A stretch of DNA of 64,000 bases, taken from an uncultured Chthoniobacterales bacterium (lineage in GTDB: Bacteria > Verrucomicrobiota > Verrucomicrobiia > Chthoniobacterales > CALDSX01). The DNA lies in assembly GCA_964652295.1 (NCBI GenBank), contig CAZZCL010000001.1:14759-78758 (forward strand), given 5' to 3'. Shown here piece by piece: positions 27,078 to 41,011 of this stretch (position 1 is its first letter; every line of letters starts with the position of its first letter). The notes under the pieces were generated by a model. The model saw only the letters and a program-made list of their open reading frames with translations. It searched no databases and had not been told where the DNA came from. The translations under genes were made by a program, and so were the position numbers.

Positions 27078-29760
27078 GCGCCGCTGCCTGCCTGTGAGGG
27101 CGTGGCTCGTTCCTGCCCGTTGAAGGTCGCATGGGTGGCTTGCCCGTGTCAGGCGCGGGATTTTCTCTTTCAGAACGCAGGCGGCGGACGGCAAGATCCG
27201 CGAGGATGAGCAGTCCTGCCAGGGTCAGGAGCGCCGGCCAAAGTTCATGGCGGCGTTGCGCAGCAATGCGTTCCGCAGTTCCGGCGTCCGTCGGAGTTTC
27301 GATGAAACGTCCGCCGCCGCGTGTCGCAATTTCTGCCAGGGCGAGGCGGTTTGTGCCCAGAGCAAGAAGTTCCTCAGGATAATTTCGAGCCACAGCCACC
27401 GCGGCCGGCGCGAGGCCCGCGGCGCTGACTGAGTAGAGCACCGAGCCAGTGTCCGGTCCGGGTACCACGACTTCGTAACGTCCTGGTGCAGTTTGTTGTG
27501 CGCGAACGGACGGGAACGCACCCGGAAAATCCGTGGCCGAAATCTCAGGGTCGATGTTGTCGATAAAGCGTCCGTCCCTGTCGACCGCATCCAAGATGAG
27601 GCGCACGTCGGTACCTTCCTGGAGCGCCTGAACGGACAGCGGCCCGGTTTCCGTGCCAGGAAGCAGAGTGCGCACGGTCTGCGAGAGAAACTGTGCGTAA
27701 CCCGGCCAGAGAAGCCAGTCTGCCGCCCAGCGATCTTTCAGGTCGGACGTAAAAGCGGCGCTCATGCCGAGTCCATGGCGCCAGATGGCAAGCAGCGGTG
27801 CGCCGCCTTCGGTGGAGAGAAGAATTTCTGCAGTTGGCTTGGGCTGCGTCATGTTATGCCCAAGCAGAAACGGCGTCTGGCTCCAGTCGATGCCCGCAGT
27901 GGCTTTCGAGGGTGCACCGGGCATTGGAAGAAAGGGATCCTCAAACAGGCTCGATTGGGTGACACGCAGCGTTTCAGTGGTAAAGATCTGCGGTAGGCTT
28001 AGGGCGTCGCCAGTCAGATAAAAACGTCCCCCCCCGCGGTTGGCCAGCGACGACAGAAAGCTGGTGTCGCGATCGGTTTCCGACCCCAACGCCACCACCG
28101 AGGTGGTGATGCCGCGGGCGTTCATGGCGGCGGCAAGATCGAGGGCGGAACCGGCGCCGGGCGATCCGTCGCCCATTTCGCCTGCCACCTTTTCTTCGGC
28201 ATCGGCGGCGTCGGCGAAGAGAATCAGATGCTTAACGCTGGCATCGGAGTCGTCCAGCGCGCGTTCGGCGCCTCGCAACGCGGTGTAGATGTAGATCCCG
28301 CCACCCGCACTGGCCACGGAGAGAATCCGCTGGGCGGCGGCCGCCTGAGCGGCGTCGCGGATGATAGGCACGACTTCATGGACGCGCGTGTCGACGGCGT
28401 GAAGCCCGAAGAGATCACGGGGACCGAGCACTTCCATGGCCAGCACAGCGCCTTGGTTGGCGAGTGACATCTTTGTTTGCCCTGCGACCGCCGCCTGCAT
28501 GGAACCGGAGCGATCAAGGCTGACGAGCAGCGCGACCGTTGGGCGTTCCTCCCGGTCAACCTGCTCCATGCGGACGGGCAGAATGCGTTCAATGGCGGTG
28601 TCGGCGTAACCGCCTGAGCCAAAGCTCGACTCACCGCCGGCAAGCATGAAGCCGCCTCCCAAGCGTGAGACCCAGTCTGCAATGGTTTGCATTCGCTGAA
28701 TGCCCACCCTTTCTGCCGGCACATCGCTGAGAATCAGAAGGTCGAAAGCTTCAAGCCCGGAAATCGATGCGGGCAGCCCTTCGGGTGGACGCACCTCGAC
28801 TTCAAGACCCGCCTGCTCGAGAATGCCTGCCGTGGCGCGCAGGCGTCCGGGTTCCGAATCGACCAACAGCACGCGGCGCCCGCCTGATTGTCCTGCGCTG
28901 GCCATTGCGCGGTTGTTTCCCGATTCGGTGTCGCGTGCTGCAACGAGTTCAACCGTGTACGTTGTAAAGGCATGAGGCGCTTTCAAGTTGGGAAACTCGG
29001 CACGGCTGCGTCCAGGCGTCACCCGCAATGTTTTAGTGTCCAGAATGAACCCGGCTGCGGATAAACGCACTGTGAGGTTTGTTTCCACATTGGAACGGAT
29101 TGGCACGCCGAGTGTGAATGGTTCCCCGGGAATGAGATTTGCGGGAATCTCCACAGACTCAACGAGGACCTCCGGTGTTTGTGGGTTCTCTGCGGCTGCC
29201 GTGTCCACGCGGATCCCCTCAGCAGCAAGCCGCGCCGCAGTATCTGCCCCGCGGCCTGCGGTATCGTTGCCATCTCCAATGAGCAGAATGCGGCGGCTTG
29301 CACCTTCGGGAAAAACAGCCGCCGCGAAATCGAGTGCGGCTCCGATGTCCGTCGCCAGCGGGGCGCTCTCCGGCAGCGGCGGCGCTGTTTCCGGGAATAA
29401 TGCGCCGGCTGCAGGAGGTACCCAAATGACCGGCTCAGCAGCGAAGCCGATCAGGCCGACCATATCTCCGGGTGCCAGCGCTGCCATGCCTTCCCGCGCA
29501 AATTGCATCGATTCGGCAAGCGCCTCCGGAGCGATGCTGTGCGAGGCGTCTACAAGAAACAGGGTGGTCGCCCGGTCGGTGTGGCGAATCCATCGCAATC
29601 CGGCCAGTGCCAAAGCCACGGCAACCAATGCCAGCACGCGGCAGACAAGACTTGCGATACGGCGGGGGGCGGGTAGGTCCGCCCGGGAACGTCGCCAGAT
29701 CGCCACGGCGGGAATGATCGTTGCAAGCAGCCAGAGGAAGGCGGGGTGCGTGAGTTCCAT
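27052..29760 (-). CDS. Large BatA-like double-TM N-terminus / VWA-domain envelope protein
   Basis: 902 aa. The N-terminus [24 protein letters not shown]...[13 protein letters not shown] is the two-TM anchor seen in Bat/aerotolerance-type proteins. VWA MIDAS-like contexts [11 protein letters not shown] and [14 protein letters not shown]-terminal [20 protein letters not shown]. Confidence 0.75.
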   Translation of the reverse strand: MELTHPAFLWLLATIIPAVAIWRRSRADLPAPRRIASLVCRVLALVAVALALAGLRWIRHTDRATTLFLVDASHSIAPEALAESMQFAREGMAALAPGDMVGLIGFAAEPVIWVPPAAGALFPETAPPLPESAPLATDIGAALDFAAAVFPEGASRRILLIGDGNDTAGRGADTAARLAAEGIRVDTAAAENPQTPEVLVESVEIPANLIPGEPFTLGVPIRSNVETNLTVRLSAAGFILDTKTLRVTPGRSRAEFPNLKAPHAFTTYTVELVAARDTESGNNRAMASAGQSGGRRVLLVDSEPGRLRATAGILEQAGLEVEVRPPEGLPASISGLEAFDLLILSDVPAERVGIQRMQTIADWVSRLGGGFMLAGGESSFGSGGYADTAIERILPVRMEQVDREERPTVALLVSLDRSGSMQAAVAGQTKMSLANQGAVLAMEVLGPRDLFGLHAVDTRVHEVVPIIRDAAQAAAAQRILSVASAGGGIYIYTALRGAERALDDSDASVKHLILFADAADAEEKVAGEMGDGSPGAGSALDLAAAMNARGITTSVVALGSETDRDTSFLSSLANRGGGRFYLTGDALSLPQIFTTETLRVTQSSLFEDPFLPMPGAPSKATAGIDWSQTPFLLGHNMTQPKPTAEILLSTEGGAPLLAIWRHGLGMSAAFTSDLKDRWAADWLLWPGYAQFLSQTVRTLLPGTETGPLSVQALQEGTDVRLILDAVDRDGRFIDNIDPEISATDFPGAFPSVRAQQTAPGRYEVVVPGPDTGSVLYSVSAAGLAPAAVAVARNYPEELLALGTNRLALAEIATRGGGRFIETPTDAGTAERIAAQRRHELWPALLTLAGLLILADLAVRRLRSERENPAPDTGKPPMRPSTGRNEPRPHRQAAAPTLRAPMA

Positions 29761-29889
29761 GATCGATGCGCCGCTGCATGGCGCGGTCTGAGCCTAAACC
29801 CTCGTGGCGCGACCTGCAAAGGGTCGCACACAAGCTCTGCTGCGGCATTTGCGCAATACCGTAAGGGCGGTTACATCTGCGCGGTCTTC

Positions 29890-31140
29890 ATGGTTATTCT
29901 TAACGAACATTATTATAAACTTCAGGCTGGATACCTGTTTCCCGAGATCGGGCGCCGGGTGAAGGCGTTTGCGGATGCCCGGCCGGAAGCTGCGGGACGC
30001 ATCCTGCGCTGCGGCATCGGCGACGTCACGGAACCGCTCCCAAAGGCGGTGATCGAAGCGTTGCATGTTGCGGTCGATGAAATGGGGAGTCGCGACACAT
30101 TTCGTGGCTATGGCCCCGAGCAGGGTTACGAGTGGTTGCGTCATGCCATCGCAGAGCACGATTATCGCGCGCACGGAATCGACATTGCCGATGACGAAAT
30201 CTTTGTCAGTGACGGTTCGAAATGCGACACGGGCAATATCCTTGACGTGTTGGGGCCCGGCAATCGCATCGCTGTGAGCGACCCCGTCTATCCCGTGTAC
30301 GTCGATACGAACGTCATGGCCGGGAATACCGGTTCGGCCACTGCAGACGGATCGTTTCAAGGGCTCGTTTACCTTCCCTGCACCGCTGCAAACGGGTTCG
30401 TCCCTGAGCCGCCCGGGGATCCCGTTGACGTCGCCTACCTCTGTCTGCCCAACAATCCCACCGGGGCAGTTGCCACCCGCGAGCACCTTGGTCGTTGGGT
30501 TACTTATGCCCGCGAACAGGGTGTCCTCCTAATGTTTGACGCCGCCTACGAGGCCTTTATTTCCAATCCTGAGATTCCGCATTCCATTTATGAAATTCCG
30601 GGTGCGGATGAGGTCGCCGTGGAATTTCGCAGCTTCTCGAAGAATGGCGGGTTCACCGGATTGCGCTGTGCCTTTGCCGTTGTGCCGCGAAAAGTCATGG
30701 GGCGCAGGGCTGACGGCACGCATGCGCCGTTGCATGCGTTGTGGCTGCGTCGCTCCACAACGAAATTCAATGGGGTGAGTTATCCCGTGCAACGAGCTGC
30801 CGAGGCGCTGTACAGCGAGGCGGGCAGAGCCCAGGTGCGGGATCTCATCGCGTATTACATGGGCAATGCCGCCATCCTGCGCGAGGCGCTCGGCGGTGGC
30901 GGGCTTGCCGTTTATGGTGGCGTGAACGCTCCATACATCTGGGTTGCGACTCCTGGTGGAATGAGAAGCTGGGATGCGTTCGACCGCATTCTTCACGATG
31001 CGCATGTGGTTGTGACGCCGGGCAGTGGATTCGGCGCAATGGGCGAAGGATACTTCCGTGTGTCGGCATTCAACAGCCGCGAGAACATCGAGGAGGTCGT
31101 GCGACGATTCGGCGCGTTGCGGTGGCAGGACCCTGAATAG
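29890..31140 (+). CDS. dapL: LL-diaminopimelate aminotransferase
   Basis: ATG 29890 inside ORF 29746..31140 gives [27 protein letters not shown]......[11 protein letters not shown]. Reads also SDGSKCD and PNNPTG, with the PLP-Lys context [14 protein letters not shown]. Confidence 0.9.
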   Translation: MVILNEHYYKLQAGYLFPEIGRRVKAFADARPEAAGRILRCGIGDVTEPLPKAVIEALHVAVDEMGSRDTFRGYGPEQGYEWLRHAIAEHDYRAHGIDIADDEIFVSDGSKCDTGNILDVLGPGNRIAVSDPVYPVYVDTNVMAGNTGSATADGSFQGLVYLPCTAANGFVPEPPGDPVDVAYLCLPNNPTGAVATREHLGRWVTYAREQGVLLMFDAAYEAFISNPEIPHSIYEIPGADEVAVEFRSFSKNGGFTGLRCAFAVVPRKVMGRRADGTHAPLHALWLRRSTTKFNGVSYPVQRAAEALYSEAGRAQVRDLIAYYMGNAAILREALGGGGLAVYGGVNAPYIWVATPGGMRSWDAFDRILHDAHVVVTPGSGFGAMGEGYFRVSAFNSRENIEEVVRRFGALRWQDPE

Positions 31141-31262
31141 GTCGTGCGGGATCGCAGGTGTGCGCGTCTCGGCCGCGGCGCAAACTTTGGGGTTTCCCCC
31201 CATGGCTGCACCGCTATGTTCTAAATGACGGCCGGATTCTGAACCCGGGACCGGATCGAATC

Positions 31263-32165
31263 ATGCGCACCATCGTCGATGCCATTCTGGAATCCTACCG
31301 CGACATTGGCGGACTCAACAATGTCGACGGTGCGAATCTGCCTTCCAAGCAGGCTGTTGACGCCATTTGTGCAGACCTGCTCCAGGTCATGTTTCCTGGG
31401 TATCACGATCAGGAACCGTTGCACTCCAGCGAGTTGCGCAGACTTACGTCTTATCGAATCTCCCGGCTGTCGGAGACGCTTCTTGAGCAGGTGACCAAGT
31501 GCCTGCGGTTGACTCGTCCGGATTGCCCGAGGGCGGACGCCGAGCGAACGGTAGGCCAATTTTTAGCGTCCTTGCCGATGCTGCGTGAATTGGTGGCTGG
31601 CGATGTCGAAGCCGCTGATGAAGGCGACCCCGCTGCCACCAGTCATGAAGAAATCATCGTGGCATATCCTTCCATCGAAGCTGTCGCTGTGCAGCGACTC
31701 GCGCACCGGCTGCATAGGCTGTGTGTCCCGCTTCTTCCGCGGATGATGACCGAGTGGGCGCATCGGCGCACCGGAATCGATATTCATCCGGGCGCATCGA
31801 TCGGCCCGCGGTTCTTCATCGATCACGGCACCGGCGTTGTCATTGGCGAAACCTGCCGGATTGGGTCGCGCGTCAAAGTTTATCATGGGGTTACCCTCGG
31901 AGCGCGCAGTTTTGAAAAAGATGCCGGAGGCCGGATAAAGAAAGGTGGGAAACGCCATCCCGATGTGGGCGATCGCGTCACCATCTATCCCAACTCGACG
32001 ATCCTCGGTGGGGATACTGTCATTGGCGAGAATTCCACCATTGGTGGCAATGTGTTTCTACAGCATAGCGTACCGCCCAATTCTCTCGTGTATTACGAGG
32101 AAAAGAATCTGCGGACTGTCCCGAAGCGTGACCGTGCGGTTGCGAAGATGGATTGGGTGATCTGA
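31263..32165 (+). CDS. cysE: Serine O-acetyltransferase (long N-terminal form)
   Basis: ATG 31263 inside ORF 31158..32165. Hexapeptide core GIDIHPGASIGPRFFIDHGTGVVIGETCRIG..V.VYHGVTLG, then HP.VGD.V.I....TILG. Confidence 0.88.
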   Translation: MRTIVDAILESYRDIGGLNNVDGANLPSKQAVDAICADLLQVMFPGYHDQEPLHSSELRRLTSYRISRLSETLLEQVTKCLRLTRPDCPRADAERTVGQFLASLPMLRELVAGDVEAADEGDPAATSHEEIIVAYPSIEAVAVQRLAHRLHRLCVPLLPRMMTEWAHRRTGIDIHPGASIGPRFFIDHGTGVVIGETCRIGSRVKVYHGVTLGARSFEKDAGGRIKKGGKRHPDVGDRVTIYPNSTILGGDTVIGENSTIGGNVFLQHSVPPNSLVYYEEKNLRTVPKRDRAVAKMDWVI

Positions 32166-32257
32166 ATCGAAGGAACGCAGTGGGCGTCGCGCCTTCCCTG
32201 ATTCCGCAAATCGTCCTTTGCCACGGCGGTTGGACGCGTTGTGGCTCCTGGGAGCAT

Positions 32258-32295
32258 AAAAAAACCACCCCGCTCCGGAAACCAGAGCGGGGTGG
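32258..32295 (-). terminator. Intrinsic terminator of groES-groEL
   Basis: Perfect 11-bp stem (CCACCCCGCTC / GAGCGGGGTGG, 32265-32295) with a 9-nt loop. On the minus strand it is followed by TTTTTTT (32258-32264), 48 nt after the groEL stop. Confidence 0.85.
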
Positions 32296-32342
32296 CAGTT
32301 CAGGTTAAGGCGTTTAAGGGCCTTGAGCCCCTTTGCGCGAGC

Positions 32343-34004
<1,662 letters not shown>

Positions 34005-34017
34005 TTAAGCGAAGCGA

Positions 34018-34311
34018 TCAATCGATGATGCCGAGGATGTCGTCCTCGCGCATGATCAGATGTTGTGCGCCGTCGATTTTCACTTCGGTGCCGCCGTATT
34101 TGCTGTAGAGCACCTTGTTGCCAATCTTCACGGTGAACTCGATTCTTTTGCCGTCGTCATCGAGTTTGCCCGTGCCGAGGGCGACGACTTTGCCCTCTTG
34201 AGGTTTTTCCTTCGCGGTATCGGGGATGATGATACCGCCCTGTTTGACTTCCTCTTCTTCGATCGGTTGCACGAGCACCCGGTCGCCAAGAGGCTGCAGT
34301 TTCGCTGCCAT
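34018..34311 (-). CDS. groS: Co-chaperonin GroES (Hsp10)
   Basis: ATG 34311 inside ORF 34018..35049 (97 aa): [55 protein letters not shown] Shine-Dalgarno upstream. Confidence 0.97.
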   Translation of the reverse strand: MAAKLQPLGDRVLVQPIEEEEVKQGGIIIPDTAKEKPQEGKVVALGTGKLDDDGKRIEFTVKIGNKVLYSKYGGTEVKIDGAQHLIMREDDILGIID

Positions 34312-34525
34312 TGTTGGTTCTCCTTGTTTTGTTGTTGTGTTGTTTTGGACCGCGCGGCGCCCGGCATTACCACCGCACCCGCGGTGGCGCTCCGGACAAA
34401 CCGGCGCGGCATTCTGTCTTGCGTTCAGAGCCCGTTCCGCGGGGAAACGGGCGGTTCCTGAAACTCGATAGTACTGCTGCGGCAAGCTGCCGAGTGCGAT
34501 AAAGCGGATTGGAGCAGGCAGCGAG

Positions 34526-36586
<2,061 letters not shown>

Positions 36587-36853
36587 TTATGCAATGTGCG
36601 CCTTCATGACCCGCGAACGATGTCTGAAAGCGACAAAATGACTCACTGTACAATGCTTCAAATGTGTTTGGTCTATGAATGAGCACTTTGCATCCATAAG
36701 ATTCTCTTGCTTTTGTGGATGCCAATTCTCAGCATGGCTTTCGCTGTTCAATTCCTGCCAGGAAATGTCATGGATGGTGGAGCAGAGATTCTTTCTCCAC
36801 TGGCATATCTGACGTGTGACTCAAAGCTTTCGTTAATTACCCATTAAGTTTTT

Positions 36854-37441
36854 ATGAATACAGAACGCTCGCCTGCCTCCTCCCGGGACCATGGCCGCGA
36901 TATGCCGCGCAAGCGCGGCGGGTGGACCATCCTTTTCGGGGTTCTGACCCTATTCATTGGTCTAATGTTTGTATTCACGCCATTCATTGCGGGACTCGCC
37001 GCGACAATCTGGATCGGGGCCGGGTTGGCGGTTGGAGGGTTGTTCGCCATTTTTCATGCGTTTAGTGCTGGAGACTGGAAGTCCACCGCTTTCCAGGTGC
37101 TCTGGGGATTGCTCAGCGGAGGCGTAGGCATCTGGACCATCAATCAGCCGGTGCGGAGTCTTGCCATTCTAACGCTGGTCCTGGCGGCTTATCTCGCTGC
37201 GGAGGCAATCATGAAAGTTGTGCAAGCCATCCGCGCGCGGCCGAACGCGGCATGGCTATTGATATTGTTCGATGGCGTTACCACTGGGATTCTGGCCGCA
37301 TTGATTTGGTACAAATTTCCCGCAAGCGCCCTTTGGGCAATTGGCCTGCTGGTTGGCGTGAAATTCCTTGTCGATGGCATAGCCATGATTTCACTCGGGA
37401 CAACGGTGCGTCGTCTTGCCGTCGCGCCGGCTGCTCCATAG
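36854..37441 (+). CDS. HdeD/DUF308-family membrane protein
   Basis: 195 aa with six hydrophobic helices. WTILFGVLTLFIGLMFVFTPFIAGLAATIWIGAGLAVGGLFAIFHAF is typical of DUF308 repeats. Confidence 0.7.
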   Translation: MNTERSPASSRDHGRDMPRKRGGWTILFGVLTLFIGLMFVFTPFIAGLAATIWIGAGLAVGGLFAIFHAFSAGDWKSTAFQVLWGLLSGGVGIWTINQPVRSLAILTLVLAAYLAAEAIMKVVQAIRARPNAAWLLILFDGVTTGILAALIWYKFPASALWAIGLLVGVKFLVDGIAMISLGTTVRRLAVAPAAP

Positions 37442-37558
37442 GCGGTACAATTCGAATAGAGCTGCCGATGAGACCTGGCTGCGGATTTTCTGTGAAGCGA
37501 TTGGACTGACCAGCAGAGATGCCTCCGCGCTGGCGTAAAGCCGCTGCCAATCAAAGCC

Positions 37559-38458
37559 ATGCGCATTGTCTATCGCCTCGAGCACACGACGGTGTACCGG
37601 TACCGGCGTCCGGTCGTATTCGGGCCGCATCGCGCGGTGTTTCTTCCAAGTGGCGGTTATCGCGGGCGGGTGTTGTCGCACCGTATCGAGACGAACATCC
37701 CGCATTCGGCGACATGGTTCTCAGACACCCTGTCGAACAATGTGACAGTGTTGAAGTTTGACCGGGAAGCGGATGAGCTTTCTGTGCGTTTTGAAGTGAC
37801 CGGCGAGCACCGTGGGGCGCGGGAGACCGCAGAGTTTTCGTTGGAAGACCGGGCGCGTGCTGTGCCTGTGCAATACACCCCTGACGAATGGCTGGATCTG
37901 GCGGCGTTCATCCGACCGCATGCGGAGGATGCCGAGGGGACGGTCGCAGAGTGGGGGCGTTCATTTCTGGCGAAGGACACCGACAACGTGGAGTTGCTGA
38001 AGGATGTCATGAGCGCATTTGCCGGGTTCGCCTATTCGGCGCGTGAAGCCGAGGGAACCAACGTTCCGGCCATAACGCTTCGGGAACGTGGTGGCACATG
38101 CCGCGATTATGCCTGGTTGATGATCGAGACTCTTCGGCGTCTTGGCTTTGCCTGCCGGTTTGTGAGCGGATACCTTTACGATGAAGCTCTGGATGGTGGG
38201 GCCGTGGGAATGATTGGATCCGGCGCAACGCATGCCTGGGTTGAGGTGTATCTTCCTGGAGCGGGCTGGCGCACCTACGATCCCACGAATCAGATTAGCT
38301 CCGGTTACGAGCTGGCGCGTGTGGCTGTGGCGCGTCATCCTGCGCAAGTGCCGCCGTTATCGGGCACGTGGTCAGGCGATCCGTCGGATTACCTGGGCAT
38401 GGATGTGCGCGTGGAACTGCGAAAAATCGCTGCGTTCGCCGACGATCCGCAGGGGTAG
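37559..38458 (+). CDS. Transglutaminase-family protein (N-terminal bact. transglutaminase-like domain + core)
   Basis: MRIVYRLEHTTVYRYRRPV; catalytic Cys context RERGGTCRDYAWLMIETLRRLGFACRFVSGY; His/Asp context HAWVEVYLPGAGWRTYDPTN. Confidence 0.88.
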   Translation: MRIVYRLEHTTVYRYRRPVVFGPHRAVFLPSGGYRGRVLSHRIETNIPHSATWFSDTLSNNVTVLKFDREADELSVRFEVTGEHRGARETAEFSLEDRARAVPVQYTPDEWLDLAAFIRPHAEDAEGTVAEWGRSFLAKDTDNVELLKDVMSAFAGFAYSAREAEGTNVPAITLRERGGTCRDYAWLMIETLRRLGFACRFVSGYLYDEALDGGAVGMIGSGATHAWVEVYLPGAGWRTYDPTNQISSGYELARVAVARHPAQVPPLSGTWSGDPSDYLGMDVRVELRKIAAFADDPQG

Positions 38459-38480
38459 GCAAGTGCGGGGTGGGATTTTG

Positions 38481-39611
38481 TTAGAACGAGGCCGGAGCTG
38501 TCGGTGCGGCGTTCCTGCGTTCGATTTCCCGGGTCGCCCAGTCGGCATGTTCAGAGAGAAGAATGTCCGGACCGTGCGCGACGTTCTGCAACGCGGGAAG
38601 ATCGTTGGTTGTACCAGTGTTTCCCAGAGCAACAGCAATGTTGCGTTTCAATCCCCGCACACCTGCACGGGCAAGCGGCGTGCCGCGAATGAGCGGTTCG
38701 AGAGCGGCGTCTGGCATCGCGAGAAGGGTACGTAGTGGAACATCCTCGAGACCAGGTTTTGGCGAGAACTCCAGCTGGTTGGATGCTCGTGCGAAGCGAT
38801 TCCACGGGCAGGCATCAAGGCAATCGTCGCAGCCGAAAATGCGGGCGCCCATTAGCGGGCGCATTGCGGTTGGGATGGACCCGCGATGTTCGATGGTCCA
38901 GTAGGAGAGACACCGGCGCGCATCGAGTGTGTACGGGGCGACGATTGCGCCGGTGGGGCATGCCGTCATGCAACGTACGCAGCGCCCGCAGCGATCTTTT
39001 AGAGGTCGATCCGTTGGCAGGTGCAGCGTGGTCAGAATCACGCTGATCAGGAACCATGTCCCAAGCGTTTCGTTTAAGAGCATGGTGCTTTTGCCATGCC
39101 AGCCGATTCCGGCGAGTGCGGCGTAATCACGTTCGAGCACGGGACCGGTATCGGTGTAACAGCGCTGCGTTCCCCCTGCGGCTTCAAGAACGGCAGCCAC
39201 CCGTGACACCTTTTTTCTGAGGAGATTATGATAATCGCGACCGCGCGCGTAGCGGGCAACGATGCCACGCGGCGGCCCACCCGGAGCGCGGTTATCGGGG
39301 CCGCGCCAATAATTGGTGGCCAGGACGACAACCGATTGCGCACCGGGCAACACGTGGCGCACGTCAAGCCGGGCGTTAGCGGTTCGCTCAAGCCATCGCA
39401 TGTCTGCGTGGCGACCGAGAGCCAGCCATTGCGTAAAGGCCGCACCATGAGGTGCGGGGACGACTTCCGACACGCGGCATTGCGAGAACCCGGCAGCCGC
39501 AGCAGCCGCATCAAGCTCGAGGCGGAGCGGGGTGGCAACAGCCTGCTGGCTGGTTGATTGACGCCTCGCCGAAAGTGTTGTCGATGGAGTTGAGGATGGC
39601 AGCGGCGACAT
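38481..39611 (-). CDS. queG: tRNA epoxyqueuosine(34) reductase QueG
   Basis: ORF 38481..39647. Ferredoxin motifs CGRCVRCMTACPTGAI and CDDCLDACPWN, plus HG.M.WLER. Starts are possible at ATG 39611 or 39647, and both overlap the aroK 3' end. Confidence 0.9.
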   Translation of the reverse strand: MSPLPSSTPSTTLSARRQSTSQQAVATPLRLELDAAAAAAGFSQCRVSEVVPAPHGAAFTQWLALGRHADMRWLERTANARLDVRHVLPGAQSVVVLATNYWRGPDNRAPGGPPRGIVARYARGRDYHNLLRKKVSRVAAVLEAAGGTQRCYTDTGPVLERDYAALAGIGWHGKSTMLLNETLGTWFLISVILTTLHLPTDRPLKDRCGRCVRCMTACPTGAIVAPYTLDARRCLSYWTIEHRGSIPTAMRPLMGARIFGCDDCLDACPWNRFARASNQLEFSPKPGLEDVPLRTLLAMPDAALEPLIRGTPLARAGVRGLKRNIAVALGNTGTTNDLPALQNVAHGPDILLSEHADWATREIERRNAAPTAPASF

Positions 39612-40098
39612 GATCGTGATCAAGACCGGTCGTGTCGATGGTGACATGGGCTACTTCAGCATACCACGAGGCGCGTTCTGCAGCGAGGCGGCGTAAAACT
39701 TCCAGTGGATCTGTACCGGCCAGCAGAGGACGGTTCTTCGAGCGGGCCACCCGTTCAGCCAGGGTTGCGGAATCCGCCTGCAGCCATATGACGATACCCA
39801 ACTCCTTGAGCAAACGACGATTCAGCTCGGTCACGACAATGCCGCCCCCACACGAAATCACGAGGGAACGCTGTGGTTCAATGTGTCCGAGCGCATCCGT
39901 TTCGAGCGCTCGGAATGCGTCCTCGCCCTGATCCTCGAAAATCCTGGCGATGGGCATACCTGCCGAGCGCTGAATCTCCACGTCCACATCAACAAAGCGG
40001 CGGTTCGTCGCCTTCGCGAGACGCCGTCCGACTGAAGTCTTGCCAGAACCCATCAAGCCGATCAGAACAAGATTGGCTTGAGGTTCGGTGCGTTTCAC
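39511..40098 (-). CDS. aroK: Shikimate kinase
   Basis: GTG start overlapping the csp stop (GTGA). P-loop LIGLMGSGKTSVGRRLA, plus FVDVD.EI, and ISCGGGIV. Confidence 0.9.
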   Translation of the reverse strand: MKRTEPQANLVLIGLMGSGKTSVGRRLAKATNRRFVDVDVEIQRSAGMPIARIFEDQGEDAFRALETDALGHIEPQRSLVISCGGGIVVTELNRRLLKELGIVIWLQADSATLAERVARSKNRPLLAGTDPLEVLRRLAAERASWYAEVAHVTIDTTGLDHDHVAAAILNSIDNTFGEASINQPAGCCHPAPPRA

Positions 40099-40337
40099 GA
40101 TCGGCCGTTGTGTCCGTTGAGCTCTACACGGACAACGTTGCGCGCTTTTGCGCCCTTGTCGTCTGTGTAAAGTTCGTATTCAACTTCTTCGTTCTCTTTA
40201 AGCGTTTTGAAGCCGTCCGCCTGGATGGCGGAAAAATGGACGAAAATATCTCCGGCAACATTCGGATCGACAAGAAATCCGAATCCCCTTTTTTCATTGA
40301 ACCATTTGACTGTACCGCGGGCCATAGCGTTTTTCAT
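40095..40337 (-). CDS. Cold-shock domain protein (CspA family)
   Basis: GTVKWFNEKRGFGFL (RNP1) and DIFVHFSAI (RNP2). Start at ATG 40337 or 40325. Confidence 0.93.
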   Translation of the reverse strand: MKNAMARGTVKWFNEKRGFGFLVDPNVAGDIFVHFSAIQADGFKTLKENEEVEYELYTDDKGAKARNVVRVELNGHNGRS

Positions 40338-40378
40338 GGGAGTGTAATGCTCGCTCTTGTATTCCAGATCATGTTACG

Positions 40379-41011
40379 ATGACTTTTTCCAAGAAGATGC
40401 CGGAAGCGGTCGGATTCCGGCCAGGCGACACAAAGCTGGCCCGCAGTTCGCTCGGAACGGTGCTTCTGATTGTTTCCATGGGCAAAGACCCCGAGCGCCT
40501 CACAACGGTGGTGCAGGAGCGGCTCAGGGAATTTTCGGTAGTCGCACAGCTCCTGCGTGTGCGGGGCTGGTTACCCAAAGTGGGTCGCTTGGCGGCAGAG
40601 TTCGAACGCGCCTTTGCTGGAGCGCCTGCTATCGTGATCGAAGAAGGCGGGCGCGGGGGGAAGATATCGGGAATTGCATCAGGCATTGCCGACGCCGCGC
40701 CGGATTTACCCGTGCTTGGCGTCCCCATGGCCAAACCGCTCGGCACGAAGTCTGCAGGAGGAGTGAGCGAGGGCATTTGCGACGTGAAGGACGCGGTTGA
40801 GAGCGTGGAACGCCTGATGGAATTGATGTGTGGCACGGCTTCCAACCGGTCCGTCGGTTGGTTGGCTGTGGGTGAGGCTGGCGCCCAGAATGCAGCGCTT
40901 TGCGCCATTGCGATTCTCGCCCTGAACAACCCGGTCCTGCGCCGGAAACTGGTGGCGTTCCGCAAGCGGCAGCGTGCAGGTGTTTTGAGCCAAAAGCTTC
41001 CAACAAGATGA
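40379..41011 (+). CDS. PurE (AIR carboxylase/mutase) superfamily protein with degenerate catalytic motifs
   Basis: Collinear with PurE. LLIVSMGKDPE aligns to V.IVMGSKSD, LLRVRGWLPKV to VVSAHRTPDKL, and GGRGGKISGIASG to AGGAAHLPGMIA. LPVLGVPM and VGWLAVGEAGAQNAALCAIAILA are well conserved. The SAHR His and the AAHLPG loop are not conserved. Confidence 0.65.
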   Translation: MTFSKKMPEAVGFRPGDTKLARSSLGTVLLIVSMGKDPERLTTVVQERLREFSVVAQLLRVRGWLPKVGRLAAEFERAFAGAPAIVIEEGGRGGKISGIASGIADAAPDLPVLGVPMAKPLGTKSAGGVSEGICDVKDAVESVERLMELMCGTASNRSVGWLAVGEAGAQNAALCAIAILALNNPVLRRKLVAFRKRQRAGVLSQKLPTR

